Below, one piece after another: positions 41,913-50,400 of a stretch of DNA of 64,000 nt. The notes under the pieces were generated by a model, which ran no database searches, was not told the origin of the DNA, and saw only the letters and a program-made list of their open reading frames with translations. The stretch comes from Candidatus Woesearchaeota archaeon (lineage in GTDB: Archaea > Nanobdellota > Nanobdellia > SCGC-AAA011-G17 > JACPIM01). The stretch is taken from assembly GCA_018302125.1 (NCBI GenBank), contig JAGWAC010000003.1:2206-66205 (forward strand), given 5' to 3'. Numbering within the stretch: the first letter of the stretch is position 1; each line of letters starts with the position of its first letter. The position numbers were made by a program, and so were the translations under genes.

Positions 41913-42425
41913 ATGCAATTCAACAGAAAAATTCACGGAAGAACAGATTACAGGAAAAGGTTAAGCTTAGTTAAATCTAGATTGCCTAGATTAGTAGTTA
42001 GAAAATCCTTAAAAAATACTTTGGCTCAGATAATTGAATTTCATGAAAACGGTGATAAAATTATTTTATCAGCTTCAACAAAAGAATTGGAGAAAAAATA
42101 TGGTTTAAAAGCATCTAAAAAAAACATCCCTTCAGCATATTTGCTTGGAATTTTAGTTGGAAAAAAAGCATTGGCAAAAGGAATAAAAAAAGTTATTCTT
42201 GATATAGGTCTTTACAGAAACATAAAAGGCTCAAGATTATATGCAGTTTTAAAAGGATCAATAGATGCTGGTTTGGATATTCCTCATAGTAAAGAAGTGC
42301 TTCCTTCTCAAGACAGGTTAGAAGGAAAACATATCTTGGATCATTATCAAAAAGCAAAAAAAGAATACAATATTCCAGATTTAGGAAAGCATATAAACGA
42401 AATTAAGGCAAAAATAATAAAATAA
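41913..42425 (+). CDS. rpl18: 50S ribosomal protein L18
   Basis: uL18 pattern (RLVVRKSLKNTLAQIIE...GLYRN). Confidence 0.85.
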   Translation: MQFNRKIHGRTDYRKRLSLVKSRLPRLVVRKSLKNTLAQIIEFHENGDKIILSASTKELEKKYGLKASKKNIPSAYLLGILVGKKALAKGIKKVILDIGLYRNIKGSRLYAVLKGSIDAGLDIPHSKEVLPSQDRLEGKHILDHYQKAKKEYNIPDLGKHINEIKAKIIK

Positions 42426-42439
42426 AAAGCAGCCATTTT

Positions 42440-43270
42440 TTGGTGAAGCTTTTTCATAAAAAGATTCCAATGGAAAAGAAAAAACTTCCAGAACAAGAAG
42501 AAAGCAAGCTTGAAAGCACAGAAGTTGCTCTAGTTCTAGAATCAACTCCTGAAGCTTCAGAACTACCTGCAGGAGTAGTTATAAAAGAAGAAATATCTAA
42601 TTGGACACCTAAAACAAGAATAGGAAATCTTGTTAAAGAAGGCAAAATAAATAATATTGATGAAATTTTGGGAAAAGGATTAAGAATTCTTGAATCCCAA
42701 ATTGTTGATATTTTATTGCCTAATTTGGAAACAGATTTTATCATGGTAGGTCAAAGCAAAGGCAAATTTGGTGGTGGAAAAAGATCTATTTGGAGACAGA
42801 CACAGAAAAAAACAGCAGAAGGTAACAAGCCTAAATTTTCAGCTTTGGCAATTATAGGAAATAAAGAAGGTTATATTGGCTTTGGCTATGGTAAAGCAAA
42901 AGAGACTGTGCCAGCCAAAGAAAAAGCAATAAGAAAAGGAAAACTAAATTTAATTAAAATTAGGAATGGATGTGGTTCATGGGAATGCAGCTGTTCAGGT
43001 TCTCATTCTATCCCATTCACAGTTAATGCAAAATGTGGTTCAGTTGAAATTGAACTTTTGCCAGCCCCAAAAGGCACTGGTTTATGTGTCGAAAAAGAAT
43101 GTGCAAAATTATTGAATTTTGCAGGTATAAGGGATGTTTATTCTAGAACTTTTGGTCAGACAAGAACAAAATTTAATTTAATTTCAGCTTGCTTTGATGC
43201 TTTAAAAAAATTAAGCACAACGAAATCTCAGCATAAGGTAAGAGGGCAAATTCCAGAGGGTATATCATAA
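42440..43270 (+). CDS. rps5: 30S ribosomal protein S5 with extended N-terminus
   Basis: uS5 core (GKFGGGKRSIWRQ...RNGCGSWECSCSGSHS...APKGTGL); ~45 aa acidic N-terminal extension. Confidence 0.9.
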   Translation: MVKLFHKKIPMEKKKLPEQEESKLESTEVALVLESTPEASELPAGVVIKEEISNWTPKTRIGNLVKEGKINNIDEILGKGLRILESQIVDILLPNLETDFIMVGQSKGKFGGGKRSIWRQTQKKTAEGNKPKFSALAIIGNKEGYIGFGYGKAKETVPAKEKAIRKGKLNLIKIRNGCGSWECSCSGSHSIPFTVNAKCGSVEIELLPAPKGTGLCVEKECAKLLNFAGIRDVYSRTFGQTRTKFNLISACFDALKKLSTTKSQHKVRGQIPEGIS

Positions 43271-43272
43271 AA

Positions 43273-43749
43273 ATGGAAAATAAAAAATTGGCAATTGTTA
43301 GGTTATCCGGGCAAGTTGGAGTAAAAAAAGAAATTAAAGATACATTCAAGTTATTAAGATTATATAATAAATATACTTGCACAATAATTCCTTCCTCTCA
43401 AAATTATGTTGGTATGATCCGGAAAATAAATGATTTTGTCACATGGGGTGAAATCAACAAAGAAACATTAAAATTATTATTGGCTAAAAGGGGAAAAATA
43501 ACAAAAAAAGAAAAATTCTCAGAAAATTATATTAAGGAAAAAGCAAAATTATCTTTGGATGAATTTTCAGAGCAGTTCATAAATTCAAAAAAAGATTTTA
43601 AGGATGTTCCTGGATTAAAAAATTTTTTTAAATTATGTCCACCTAGGGGCGGTTTTGAAAAAAATGGAACTAAAAAACCATATTCTTTAGGTGGGGCATT
43701 AGGTTATAGAAAAGATAAAATAAATGATTTAATCCAAAAGATGTTATAA
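43273..43749 (+). CDS. rpl30: 50S ribosomal protein L30
   Basis: LAIVRLSGQVGVKKEIKDTFKLLRL uL30 pattern. Confidence 0.85.
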   Translation: MENKKLAIVRLSGQVGVKKEIKDTFKLLRLYNKYTCTIIPSSQNYVGMIRKINDFVTWGEINKETLKLLLAKRGKITKKEKFSENYIKEKAKLSLDEFSEQFINSKKDFKDVPGLKNFFKLCPPRGGFEKNGTKKPYSLGGALGYRKDKINDLIQKML

Positions 43750-43750
43750 A

Positions 43751-44161
43751 ATGCCGGTAAATAAAAGAAAGAAAAATTCAAGATTAAAAGGAAGCCATAC
43801 ATATGGTTGGGGTAGTAAAAAAAAGCACAGAAAAGCCGGTAATAGGGGCGGTCATGGGATGTCAGGCACTGGAAAAAGATCTGACCACAAAAAAACTATG
43901 ATTTTGAAAAAATATGGTCATGATTATTTTGGTAAAACTGGATTTAAAAGACCCCAACAAGTACTATTAAAAATAAAAACAATCAATATCGAAGATCTAA
44001 ACAAATTTAAAGAAGATAAAATAGATTTATTAAAACTAGGTTACAATAAATTATTGGGTAAAGGAAACATAAATAAAAAGGTAACTATAATAGTTCCTAA
44101 ATTTAGCGAAAGTGCAAAAGAAAAAATTGAAAAAGCAGGTGGACAAATCTTAGAACAATGA
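43751..44161 (+). CDS. rpl15: 50S ribosomal protein L15
   Basis: glycine/basic-rich uL15 N-terminus (GSHTYGWGSKKKHRKAGNRGGHG). Confidence 0.85.
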   Translation: MPVNKRKKNSRLKGSHTYGWGSKKKHRKAGNRGGHGMSGTGKRSDHKKTMILKKYGHDYFGKTGFKRPQQVLLKIKTINIEDLNKFKEDKIDLLKLGYNKLLGKGNINKKVTIIVPKFSESAKEKIEKAGGQILEQ

Positions 44162-45558
44162 GTATTCTAGACAATTTAACAAAAAAGCTTCCAGAAGTAA
44201 AAGGTCCAGAAGAAAAATACCTTTCTTTTAATACTAAATTAAAATGGACTTTAATAATCTTATCAGCATTTTACATATTAAGTGTTGTTCCTTTGTATGG
44301 TCTTGGCCAAAATGCCTTGTCGCAATTTGAATCCTTATCTATATTATTGGGAGCTAGTTTTGGCAGTATTTTATCTTTGGGTATTGGTCCAATAGTTACT
44401 GCATCCATAGTTTTGCAGTTATTAGTTGGTTCAGAAATATTAAAATTTGATACAACAACAAAAGAAGGAAGGGCAAAATTTCAGGGCGTTCAAAAAATAG
44501 CGGCAATTTTCTTTATTATTTTTGAGGCTGTTATTTATGTAATTTTAGGTGGTTTAGCTCCAGCATCAGATTTGTCTCAGTCAACATTTTTCACTATTCA
44601 ATTAGTCTTGATTTTTCAGTTATTAGTCGGAGGAATGATAGTTTTATTTATGGATGAAGTTTTGAATAAATGGGGATTTGGTTCTGGTATTTCATTGTTC
44701 ATAGCTGCAGGAGTTTCTTCACAAATTTTTGTAAGAATATTGTCGCCATTAACAAGAGCAGGAACTTTTGCATTTAGTTCAGGCGAAAGTCCAGTTGGGC
44801 AATTATGGGTATTTTTACTTTCATTAATAGGAAGAAATCCAAGAGAAGCATTCTTGGCTGCTCTGTTAATAATATTCACAATATTAATTTTCATAGTAGC
44901 AACATATGTCCAGTCTATGAAAGTTGAAATTCCTTTAAGTTTTGGAAGAATAAGGGGTCATGGAATAAGGTGGCCTTTGAAATTTATTTATACATCAAAT
45001 ATCCCTGTTATTTTAATAGCTGCTTTGTTTGCAAATATTCAGCTATGGGCAAGATTATTGGAAAGTCGGGGTTACCCTATTTTAGGAACTTTTGCAGGCA
45101 ATGTGCCAGTTTCAGGAATTGTTGCTTGGTTATTTGCTCCTAATTTGCCAGCAGAAATTTTGGGTGGTAGTTTCAGGCCAATTTTAATACTTCAATCATT
45201 AGTTTATATATCTACATTTGTAATTGGTTCTATAATATTCTCTATTTTCTGGGTTCAGACATCTGGAATGAATGCTTCTTCCCAGGCAAAGCAGATAATT
45301 AATTCAGGCTTGCAAGTACCAGGATTTAGGCGAGATCCAAGAGTTGTTGAAAGATTACTAGAAAGATATATATCTCCTCTAACTGTAATGGGGGCTATAG
45401 TAGTTGGTTTTTTGGCATCAACAGCAGACTTGTTAGGGGCTTTGTCTAGCGGTACTGGAATTCTTCTTACAGTAATGATTATATATAGATTATATGAAGA
45501 TATTAGTAAACAGCATATGGCTGACATTAATCCAGTATTCAGAAAAATGATAGAATAA
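44158..45558 (+). CDS. secY: preprotein translocase subunit SecY
   Basis: 10 TM layout, conserved TM2/plug region (GIGPIVTASIVLQLL), canonical position after rpl15. Confidence 0.9.
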   Translation: MSILDNLTKKLPEVKGPEEKYLSFNTKLKWTLIILSAFYILSVVPLYGLGQNALSQFESLSILLGASFGSILSLGIGPIVTASIVLQLLVGSEILKFDTTTKEGRAKFQGVQKIAAIFFIIFEAVIYVILGGLAPASDLSQSTFFTIQLVLIFQLLVGGMIVLFMDEVLNKWGFGSGISLFIAAGVSSQIFVRILSPLTRAGTFAFSSGESPVGQLWVFLLSLIGRNPREAFLAALLIIFTILIFIVATYVQSMKVEIPLSFGRIRGHGIRWPLKFIYTSNIPVILIAALFANIQLWARLLESRGYPILGTFAGNVPVSGIVAWLFAPNLPAEILGGSFRPILILQSLVYISTFVIGSIIFSIFWVQTSGMNASSQAKQIINSGLQVPGFRRDPRVVERLLERYISPLTVMGAIVVGFLASTADLLGALSSGTGILLTVMIIYRLYEDISKQHMADINPVFRKMIE

Positions 45559-45559
45559 A

Positions 45560-46012
45560 ATGGCATTAGAAACTTTTTTTGATATAATATTTGGTCCTGT
45601 AATAGCTTTAGGTAATCCTTGGAATATTATTATAATTTCTTTTTTCTTGACATTAATAGTTAATTTAGCTATGAAATTCTTTACTAATCAAAAAATCATG
45701 AAATCTTTAAAAGAAGACACTGAATATTTTAAAAAAGAAATGCAAAAGTTTAAAAATGACCCGCAAAAACTAATAGAAATACAAAAGAAATCAATGGAAA
45801 CAAGCTTAAAATATTTGAAGCATTCGCTTCCAGCAACATTAGTAACCTTGCTTCCCTTGTTGTTAATTTTTGGATGGTTAAGACAAACCTTCCCATCTGA
45901 ACAGATATTATTAATCCTGCCTTTTGGCATTAATTTAGGATGGCTTGGTTCCTACATATTGTTTTCAATTATATTTAGTATAATTTTAAGAAAAATATTA
46001 AAGATACACTAA
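45560..46012 (+). CDS. DUF106/EMC3-TMCO1-like membrane protein (archaeal YidC/Oxa1-superfamily insertase candidate)
   Basis: 3-TM protein with coiled-coil loop rich in K/E/Q; canonical position downstream of secY in archaea. Confidence 0.55.
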   Translation: MALETFFDIIFGPVIALGNPWNIIIISFFLTLIVNLAMKFFTNQKIMKSLKEDTEYFKKEMQKFKNDPQKLIEIQKKSMETSLKYLKHSLPATLVTLLPLLLIFGWLRQTFPSEQILLILPFGINLGWLGSYILFSIIFSIILRKILKIH

Positions 46013-46013
46013 A

Positions 46014-46688
46014 ATGCCAATACAACCACAAGCAACAAGAAGTTTAAGAAGAATTCAAGTAAGAACTCCTGGCAACAGGTTAGTTACTCATTTTGAAAAG
46101 AAAAAACCAACAATAGCTAAATGTGGAAATTGTGGTCAAGAATTAAAAGGTATTCCTAGAGAAAGACCGACAGCTTTCAGAAATTTGCCTTATTCTCAAA
46201 AAACAGTTTCTAGGCCTTTTGGCGGAAATCTATGTTCAAAATGTTCAAGAGAAAAAATAATTGAAAAATTCAAGGATATTAAAGAATTCCCCTTGGAAAT
46301 TGGCCAGGTTTGTGTAAAAACAGCAGGAAAAGAAGCAGGTTCTGTATGTGTAATAGTGGAGAAATTAGATGAGAATTTTGTTTTAATTGATGGCCAGGTA
46401 AAAAGAAGAAAATGTAATGTCTTGCACTTAAAAACATTGGATAAAAAACTGGAAATTAAAAAAAATGAGTCTTCTGAAACTATAAAAAGGGAATTAAAAG
46501 CATTAGGTTTTGAAATAAAAGAAGGAAGAAAGAAAGAAAAGAAAGCTCTTCCTGAGAAAAAAGAAATTAAAAAGGAAGAAAAAGTCGCTGAGAAAAAAGA
46601 GGCTAAAAAAGAGCCTAAGAAAACTGAAAAATCTGAAATTAAAAAAAAGAAAGCTGAAAAACCAAAATCTAAAGGAGTCAAGAAATAG
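46014..46688 (+). CDS. fused ribosomal proteins L34e (N-terminal) and L14e (KOW, middle) with K/E-rich tail
   Basis: N-term RRIQVRTPGNRLVTHFEKKKP...CGNCGQEL...GGNLCSKC (eL34); residues ~95-150 GQVCVKTAGKEAGSVCVIVEKLDENFVLIDG (eL14 KOW); single continuous ORF. Confidence 0.7.
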   Translation: MPIQPQATRSLRRIQVRTPGNRLVTHFEKKKPTIAKCGNCGQELKGIPRERPTAFRNLPYSQKTVSRPFGGNLCSKCSREKIIEKFKDIKEFPLEIGQVCVKTAGKEAGSVCVIVEKLDENFVLIDGQVKRRKCNVLHLKTLDKKLEIKKNESSETIKRELKALGFEIKEGRKKEKKALPEKKEIKKEEKVAEKKEAKKEPKKTEKSEIKKKKAEKPKSKGVKK

Positions 46689-46727
46689 TCGTTTTTTCCG
46701 TAAACGCTTTTTCTCAAAAGGGTTTAA
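46689..46727 (+). promoter_or_regulatory. shared upstream motif, instance 2 (between L34e-L14e stop and pfdA ATG): GTCGTTTTTTCCGTAAACGCTTTTTCTCAAAAGGGTTT
   Basis: Near-identical to instance 3 over ~30 nt (TTTTCCGTAAACGCTTTT.C.CAAAAGGGTTT); contains 5-bp inverted repeat CGTTT/AAACG. Confidence 0.5.
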
Positions 46728-47141
46728 ATGAAACAAGAGATTCAGCAAAAATATATTGAACTTCAATTTCTTAATCAGCAGATTAAAAAAGTTCAGGAGC
46801 AGTTCATGTTTTTTCAGCAGCAATTGGCTGAATTGATAAATTTAGAAACTTCATTATTAGATATGAAAAATATTAAAGAAGATTCTGAGCTATTTTCTTC
46901 ATTAGGTTCTGGCATATTTGTTAATAGCAAACTTGTAGATCCTAAAAATGTTCTTGTAAATGTTGGTGCTAGTGTCTTGGTGACAAAAACTGTTGAAGAA
47001 GCTATTAAATTAATTAAGATTCAAATTGAAAATGTAAATAAATCTCAGGAAACTATTAAAGAAGAGCTGACAAAAGCAGCAACGTATTCAGGGCAATTAA
47101 CTCAAGAATTAAATGAACTGGCTTCACAAGAACAAAAATAA
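46728..47141 (+). CDS. pfdA: prefoldin subunit alpha
   Basis: coiled coil - beta hairpin (LGSGIFVNSKL...VNVGASVLV) - coiled coil layout, 137 aa. Confidence 0.6.
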   Translation: MKQEIQQKYIELQFLNQQIKKVQEQFMFFQQQLAELINLETSLLDMKNIKEDSELFSSLGSGIFVNSKLVDPKNVLVNVGASVLVTKTVEEAIKLIKIQIENVNKSQETIKEELTKAATYSGQLTQELNELASQEQK

Positions 47142-47699
47142 TTAAAATTCCTTTCTTCTTTTCAAATACTCAACTAATTCTTTTGAAATCAAAGGTTTAT
47201 TTTTTATTAGTAAATATCTATAAGGTAAAATAACAGAGTCATATTTTCCTAATTGAATCTCTATTTTTTCCTTGAATTTTAAATCTTTTAACTTCTTTCC
47301 TTTTAAAATTTCTTTTACAACAGCAACCGCATTATCAGTGCTAAATTGTTTTTTTCCAATGTTTCTAGCTGTGAAGTTTAGTTTTTTAGTTAATTCTTTT
47401 TTCGTTCTTTTTTTCGGAGGATAATCCCCCAAAATCCCGCCAAAAATAAAATATTTAAATTTTTTAGCCTCTTCCGGACTTAAAGTTTTCTTTGCATCTG
47501 GATCTAATATACAGGCATTTTTTAAATTTAATTCAGAAATAGATTTGCTATTTCTTTTGCCGTATTTCCCTAATTGCTTGTTTTTAATATTAGTAAATAA
47601 CAGTTTCCCTTTTCCAACAATTTTAGAAATATGTTTATATTCAATTAAGCACCATTTCCATAATTTACAATCTAAATGTTCTATAATAAAAGTAGCCAT
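47142..47699 (-). CDS. SPOUT-class methyltransferase of the SFM1/DUF431 family
   Basis: Clear similarity to yeast Sfm1 blocks: IIEH...W.LIEY.HI, LDP.A...L.PEEAKKF.YF.FGGILGD.PP, RN.G.KQ.STD.A. Confidence 0.65.
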   Translation of the reverse strand: MATFIIEHLDCKLWKWCLIEYKHISKIVGKGKLLFTNIKNKQLGKYGKRNSKSISELNLKNACILDPDAKKTLSPEEAKKFKYFIFGGILGDYPPKKRTKKELTKKLNFTARNIGKKQFSTDNAVAVVKEILKGKKLKDLKFKEKIEIQLGKYDSVILPYRYLLIKNKPLISKELVEYLKRRKEF

Positions 47700-47734
47700 A
47701 AGATTTATTAAGAATTTTTATTTTATAAAATAGT

Positions 47735-48430
47735 ATGTTAAAAGTATTAGTCTCAGGAAAAAACCCAAAAAGTGTTTCTTTGGTCAATAAAAAAATCCAG
47801 AATTATAAAACTTTAAAACTAAGCAAAAAGCCGGAAGTTGTAATTAGTCTGGGTGGAGACGGTACTTATCTGTATAATGAAAGAAAATATCCCAAAATAC
47901 CAAAAATTTTAGTAAGAGACAGCAGCATTTGTAAGTTGTGCTCAATTTACGATTTAAATAATATTAATCTAGTTCTTAAAAAATTAAATCAGAAAAAATT
48001 CACATTAAAAGAATGTATTAAATTAGAAGGCAGATATAAAAATAAAAAATTATTGGCAGTAAACGATATAGTAATTAGGAATAAAAATCAATATGAAGCA
48101 ATAAGATTTAATGTAAAAATAAATAACAAAGACTTAAATTCCAAGTTTATAGGTGACGGTATTATCGTAAGCACCGTTTTCGGAAGCACTGGTTATTTTA
48201 ATTCAATAACAAAGACAACTTTCACAAAGGGAATTGGCCTTGCTTTCAATAATATTCTTGCAAGAACTTACGAAATTTTAAAAGAAGATGATGTTATTGA
48301 TCTTATTTTATTAAAAGGTCAAGCTTTAGTTTCAGCAGACAATAACAAAAAGCTAATTTCTTTAAAAGAAAATTCTAAAATAAGAATAAAAAAATCCAAG
48401 GAAAAAGCATTTATAGTTCTTCTTTGGTAA
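47735..48430 (+). CDS. nadK: NAD+ kinase
   Basis: GGDGT motif, NDIVI, DGIIVSTVFGSTGY motif. Confidence 0.75.
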   Translation: MLKVLVSGKNPKSVSLVNKKIQNYKTLKLSKKPEVVISLGGDGTYLYNERKYPKIPKILVRDSSICKLCSIYDLNNINLVLKKLNQKKFTLKECIKLEGRYKNKKLLAVNDIVIRNKNQYEAIRFNVKINNKDLNSKFIGDGIIVSTVFGSTGYFNSITKTTFTKGIGLAFNNILARTYEILKEDDVIDLILLKGQALVSADNNKKLISLKENSKIRIKKSKEKAFIVLLW

Positions 48431-48437
48431 AAAAATC

Positions 48438-48947
48438 ATGTTATACGAGCCAGCTGAAGATTCTTTTTTGCTCCAAAAACAAGTAAGAAAATATGCTAAA
48501 GGTAAAGTTCTTGATTTGGGTGCAGGAACTGGTATTCAGGCCTTAGCAGCATTAAAAAATACAAAAGATGTTCTTGCAGCAGATATAAATCCCAAAGCAG
48601 TAAAACATTGCAAAAAATTGGGCATTAACGTCATTAAATCTAATCTGTTTAGCAATATAAAAAGCAAATTTGATTTAATCATATTTAATCCCCCATATCT
48701 TCCAGATGACAATTTAAATCTAGAAGACGATAGAAACTATATTGGCGGAGAACAAGGAAATGAAATTTTGGAAAGATTCTTTTCTCAAGCGAAAAAACAT
48801 CTTAATAAAAATGGAAAAATATTAATTGTCTTCAGTTCATTAACTTCAGATATAAATAAAATAATAAAAAAACACAAATTCAAATTTAAGAAATTAAGTG
48901 AACAAAAATTCTTTTTTGAGAAATTATTTGTTTATTTAATATATTAA
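48438..48947 (+). CDS. HemK/Mtq2-like N5-glutamine methyltransferase
   Basis: VLDLGAGTG motif I and NPPY motif IV. Confidence 0.7.
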   Translation: MLYEPAEDSFLLQKQVRKYAKGKVLDLGAGTGIQALAALKNTKDVLAADINPKAVKHCKKLGINVIKSNLFSNIKSKFDLIIFNPPYLPDDNLNLEDDRNYIGGEQGNEILERFFSQAKKHLNKNGKILIVFSSLTSDINKIIKKHKFKFKKLSEQKFFFEKLFVYLIY

Positions 48948-49018
48948 GCTTGTTTTTTTCAGAGCCCTTGAACTACTTTTTGAGTGTCTTCTTTTTGCTC
49001 GTTTATTTGGTTTTCAAT

Positions 49019-49453
49019 TTATTTTAATTTTTTCTTTTCCTTTTTTGCCAGTTCTTTCTCAACATCCTTTCTAACCACGTCATCTAGTTTCTCTGTAACA
49101 GGTATATTGTTTGGATCTAAAACCCTTGCTCCAATAGCTCTTCCGCTTACTTTCTTTTCAAAAAGCTCAAGCCTTCCTCTTATATCTTCTTGTTCTCTTC
49201 TTATAATCTCTCCCTCAGCTCTTGAAGCTAATAAAGTACCAGTATATTCTGCTACGCTAAATCCCCCATAAACAGCCCCGCCTAAAAGAACCCTCTTAAT
49301 ATCTGGATTTTCCTGAATTATATGATAAACACCATACATAAGAGAAATATATTGTCCTAATTTACCAAGTAAATGTAACCCTAATCCAGTCATCCTTAAA
49401 TCAGCAGGTTCAATTGGTTTTTTCTTTCTCAGATATTTGTCCAGCTCAACCAT
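49019..49453 (-). CDS. hypothetical protein
   Basis: 144 aa ORF with coding-like composition, Gly-rich hydrophobic segment (LLGGAVYGGFSVAEY) and KE-rich tail. Confidence 0.35.
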   Translation of the reverse strand: MVELDKYLRKKKPIEPADLRMTGLGLHLLGKLGQYISLMYGVYHIIQENPDIKRVLLGGAVYGGFSVAEYTGTLLASRAEGEIIRREQEDIRGRLELFEKKVSGRAIGARVLDPNNIPVTEKLDDVVRKDVEKELAKKEKKKLK

Positions 49454-49591
49454 TTTATCTTAGCTAATATTTAATTCCAATACTTAAATTTATATATCTT
49501 TCTTACCAAGTCCTTTCGTAAAGCTTATAAATATTTAATTTAATGAAAGTCTAACCCATTTGAACTACAAGGTTTATCATAGCTTTTTGGT

Positions 49592-49630
49592 GAGCGTTTT
49601 CCGTAAACGCTTTTCGCAAAAGGGTTTCGT
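49592..49630 (+). promoter_or_regulatory. shared upstream motif, instance 3 (upstream of rpl1): GAGCGTTTTCCGTAAACGCTTTTCGCAAAAGGGTTT
   Basis: 7-bp inverted repeat AGCGTTT/AAACGCT with TCCGT loop, then T-run and CAAAAGGGTTT; followed by the GGAGGG Shine-Dalgarno of rpl1. Confidence 0.5.
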
Positions 49631-49644
49631 AGGAGGGTCATAAA

Positions 49645-50376
49645 TTGGACAAGAAAGAAGTTTTAGAAGCTATAAAATTAGCAAAGGAAGTTTCTAAGAA
49701 AAGAAATTTTAAACAAGGTTTTGATATAGTCATAAATCTAAAAAACATTAATCTAAAAAAACCTGAACAAAATGTTGATTTATTCTTGCAATTACCTCAC
49801 TTTACAGGAAAAAAAGTTAAAATTTGTGCTTTAATTGATTATGATTTAGAAAAACAGGCAAAAGAAATAGCAGACAATATTATATTAAAAGAAAATTTCC
49901 CAAAATATGAAGGCAAGAAAAAAGAATTGAAGAAAATAGGAAGACAATATGATCTATTTATAGCCCAGGCAGATATAATGCCAAAAATAGCTACATTATT
50001 TGGTAGAATTTTAGGTCCTTTGGGAAAAATGCCAAATCCAAAAATAGGAGCAGTAGTTCCAAGCAATGTGCCTTCTTTAAAAGATTTGGCAGATAAACTA
50101 AGGAATTCAATAAGAATTCAAACAAAAAACGAGCTAACAGCCAAAGCATCAATAGGTTCTGAATTAATGAAAGATGAAGAAGTAGCAGATAATTTTTTGC
50201 ATGTTTACAATTCAGTATTGCATTCTTTGCCCCAGGAAAAAGATAATATTAAAAGTGTTATAATTAAAATGTCGATGGGATCTCCAGTTCAATTAAACAA
50301 GGAATACAAGCAAGAAGAAATATCGCTATTAGTGCAAAAACCAAAAGTTAAGAAATCCAAAGAGGAGGAACAATAG
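49645..50376 (+). CDS. rpl1: 50S ribosomal protein L1 (TTG start, GGAGGG Shine-Dalgarno 8 nt upstream)
   Basis: uL1 two-domain pattern (GKKVKICAL...GRILGPLGKMPNPK). Confidence 0.9.
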   Translation: MDKKEVLEAIKLAKEVSKKRNFKQGFDIVINLKNINLKKPEQNVDLFLQLPHFTGKKVKICALIDYDLEKQAKEIADNIILKENFPKYEGKKKELKKIGRQYDLFIAQADIMPKIATLFGRILGPLGKMPNPKIGAVVPSNVPSLKDLADKLRNSIRIQTKNELTAKASIGSELMKDEEVADNFLHVYNSVLHSLPQEKDNIKSVIIKMSMGSPVQLNKEYKQEEISLLVQKPKVKKSKEEEQ

Positions 50377-50400
50377 CGTTTTCAGTTAGCGCTTTTTGAA
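50374..50400 (+). promoter_or_regulatory. shared upstream motif, instance 4 (rpl1-rpl10 junction): TAGCGTTTTCAGTTAGCGCTTTTTGAAAAA
   Basis: Same GCGTTTTC ... GCGCTTTTT . AAAA layout immediately before the rpl10 start. Confidence 0.4.

Noticed and set aside
35900-46700. Possible CRISPR-like or repeat arrays suggested by periodic AAG/GAA runs
   Set aside because: These are coding K/E-rich protein tails, not spacer-repeat arrays; no direct repeats with unique spacers found anywhere in the window.
46196-46823. Two long S/F-rich minus ORFs (173 and 106 aa)
   Set aside because: Antisense of the L34e-L14e fusion gene and its K/E tail; low-complexity translation.
48984-49271. 95-aa S/F-rich plus ORF
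   Set aside because: Antisense of the 49019-49453 minus-strand gene; low complexity.
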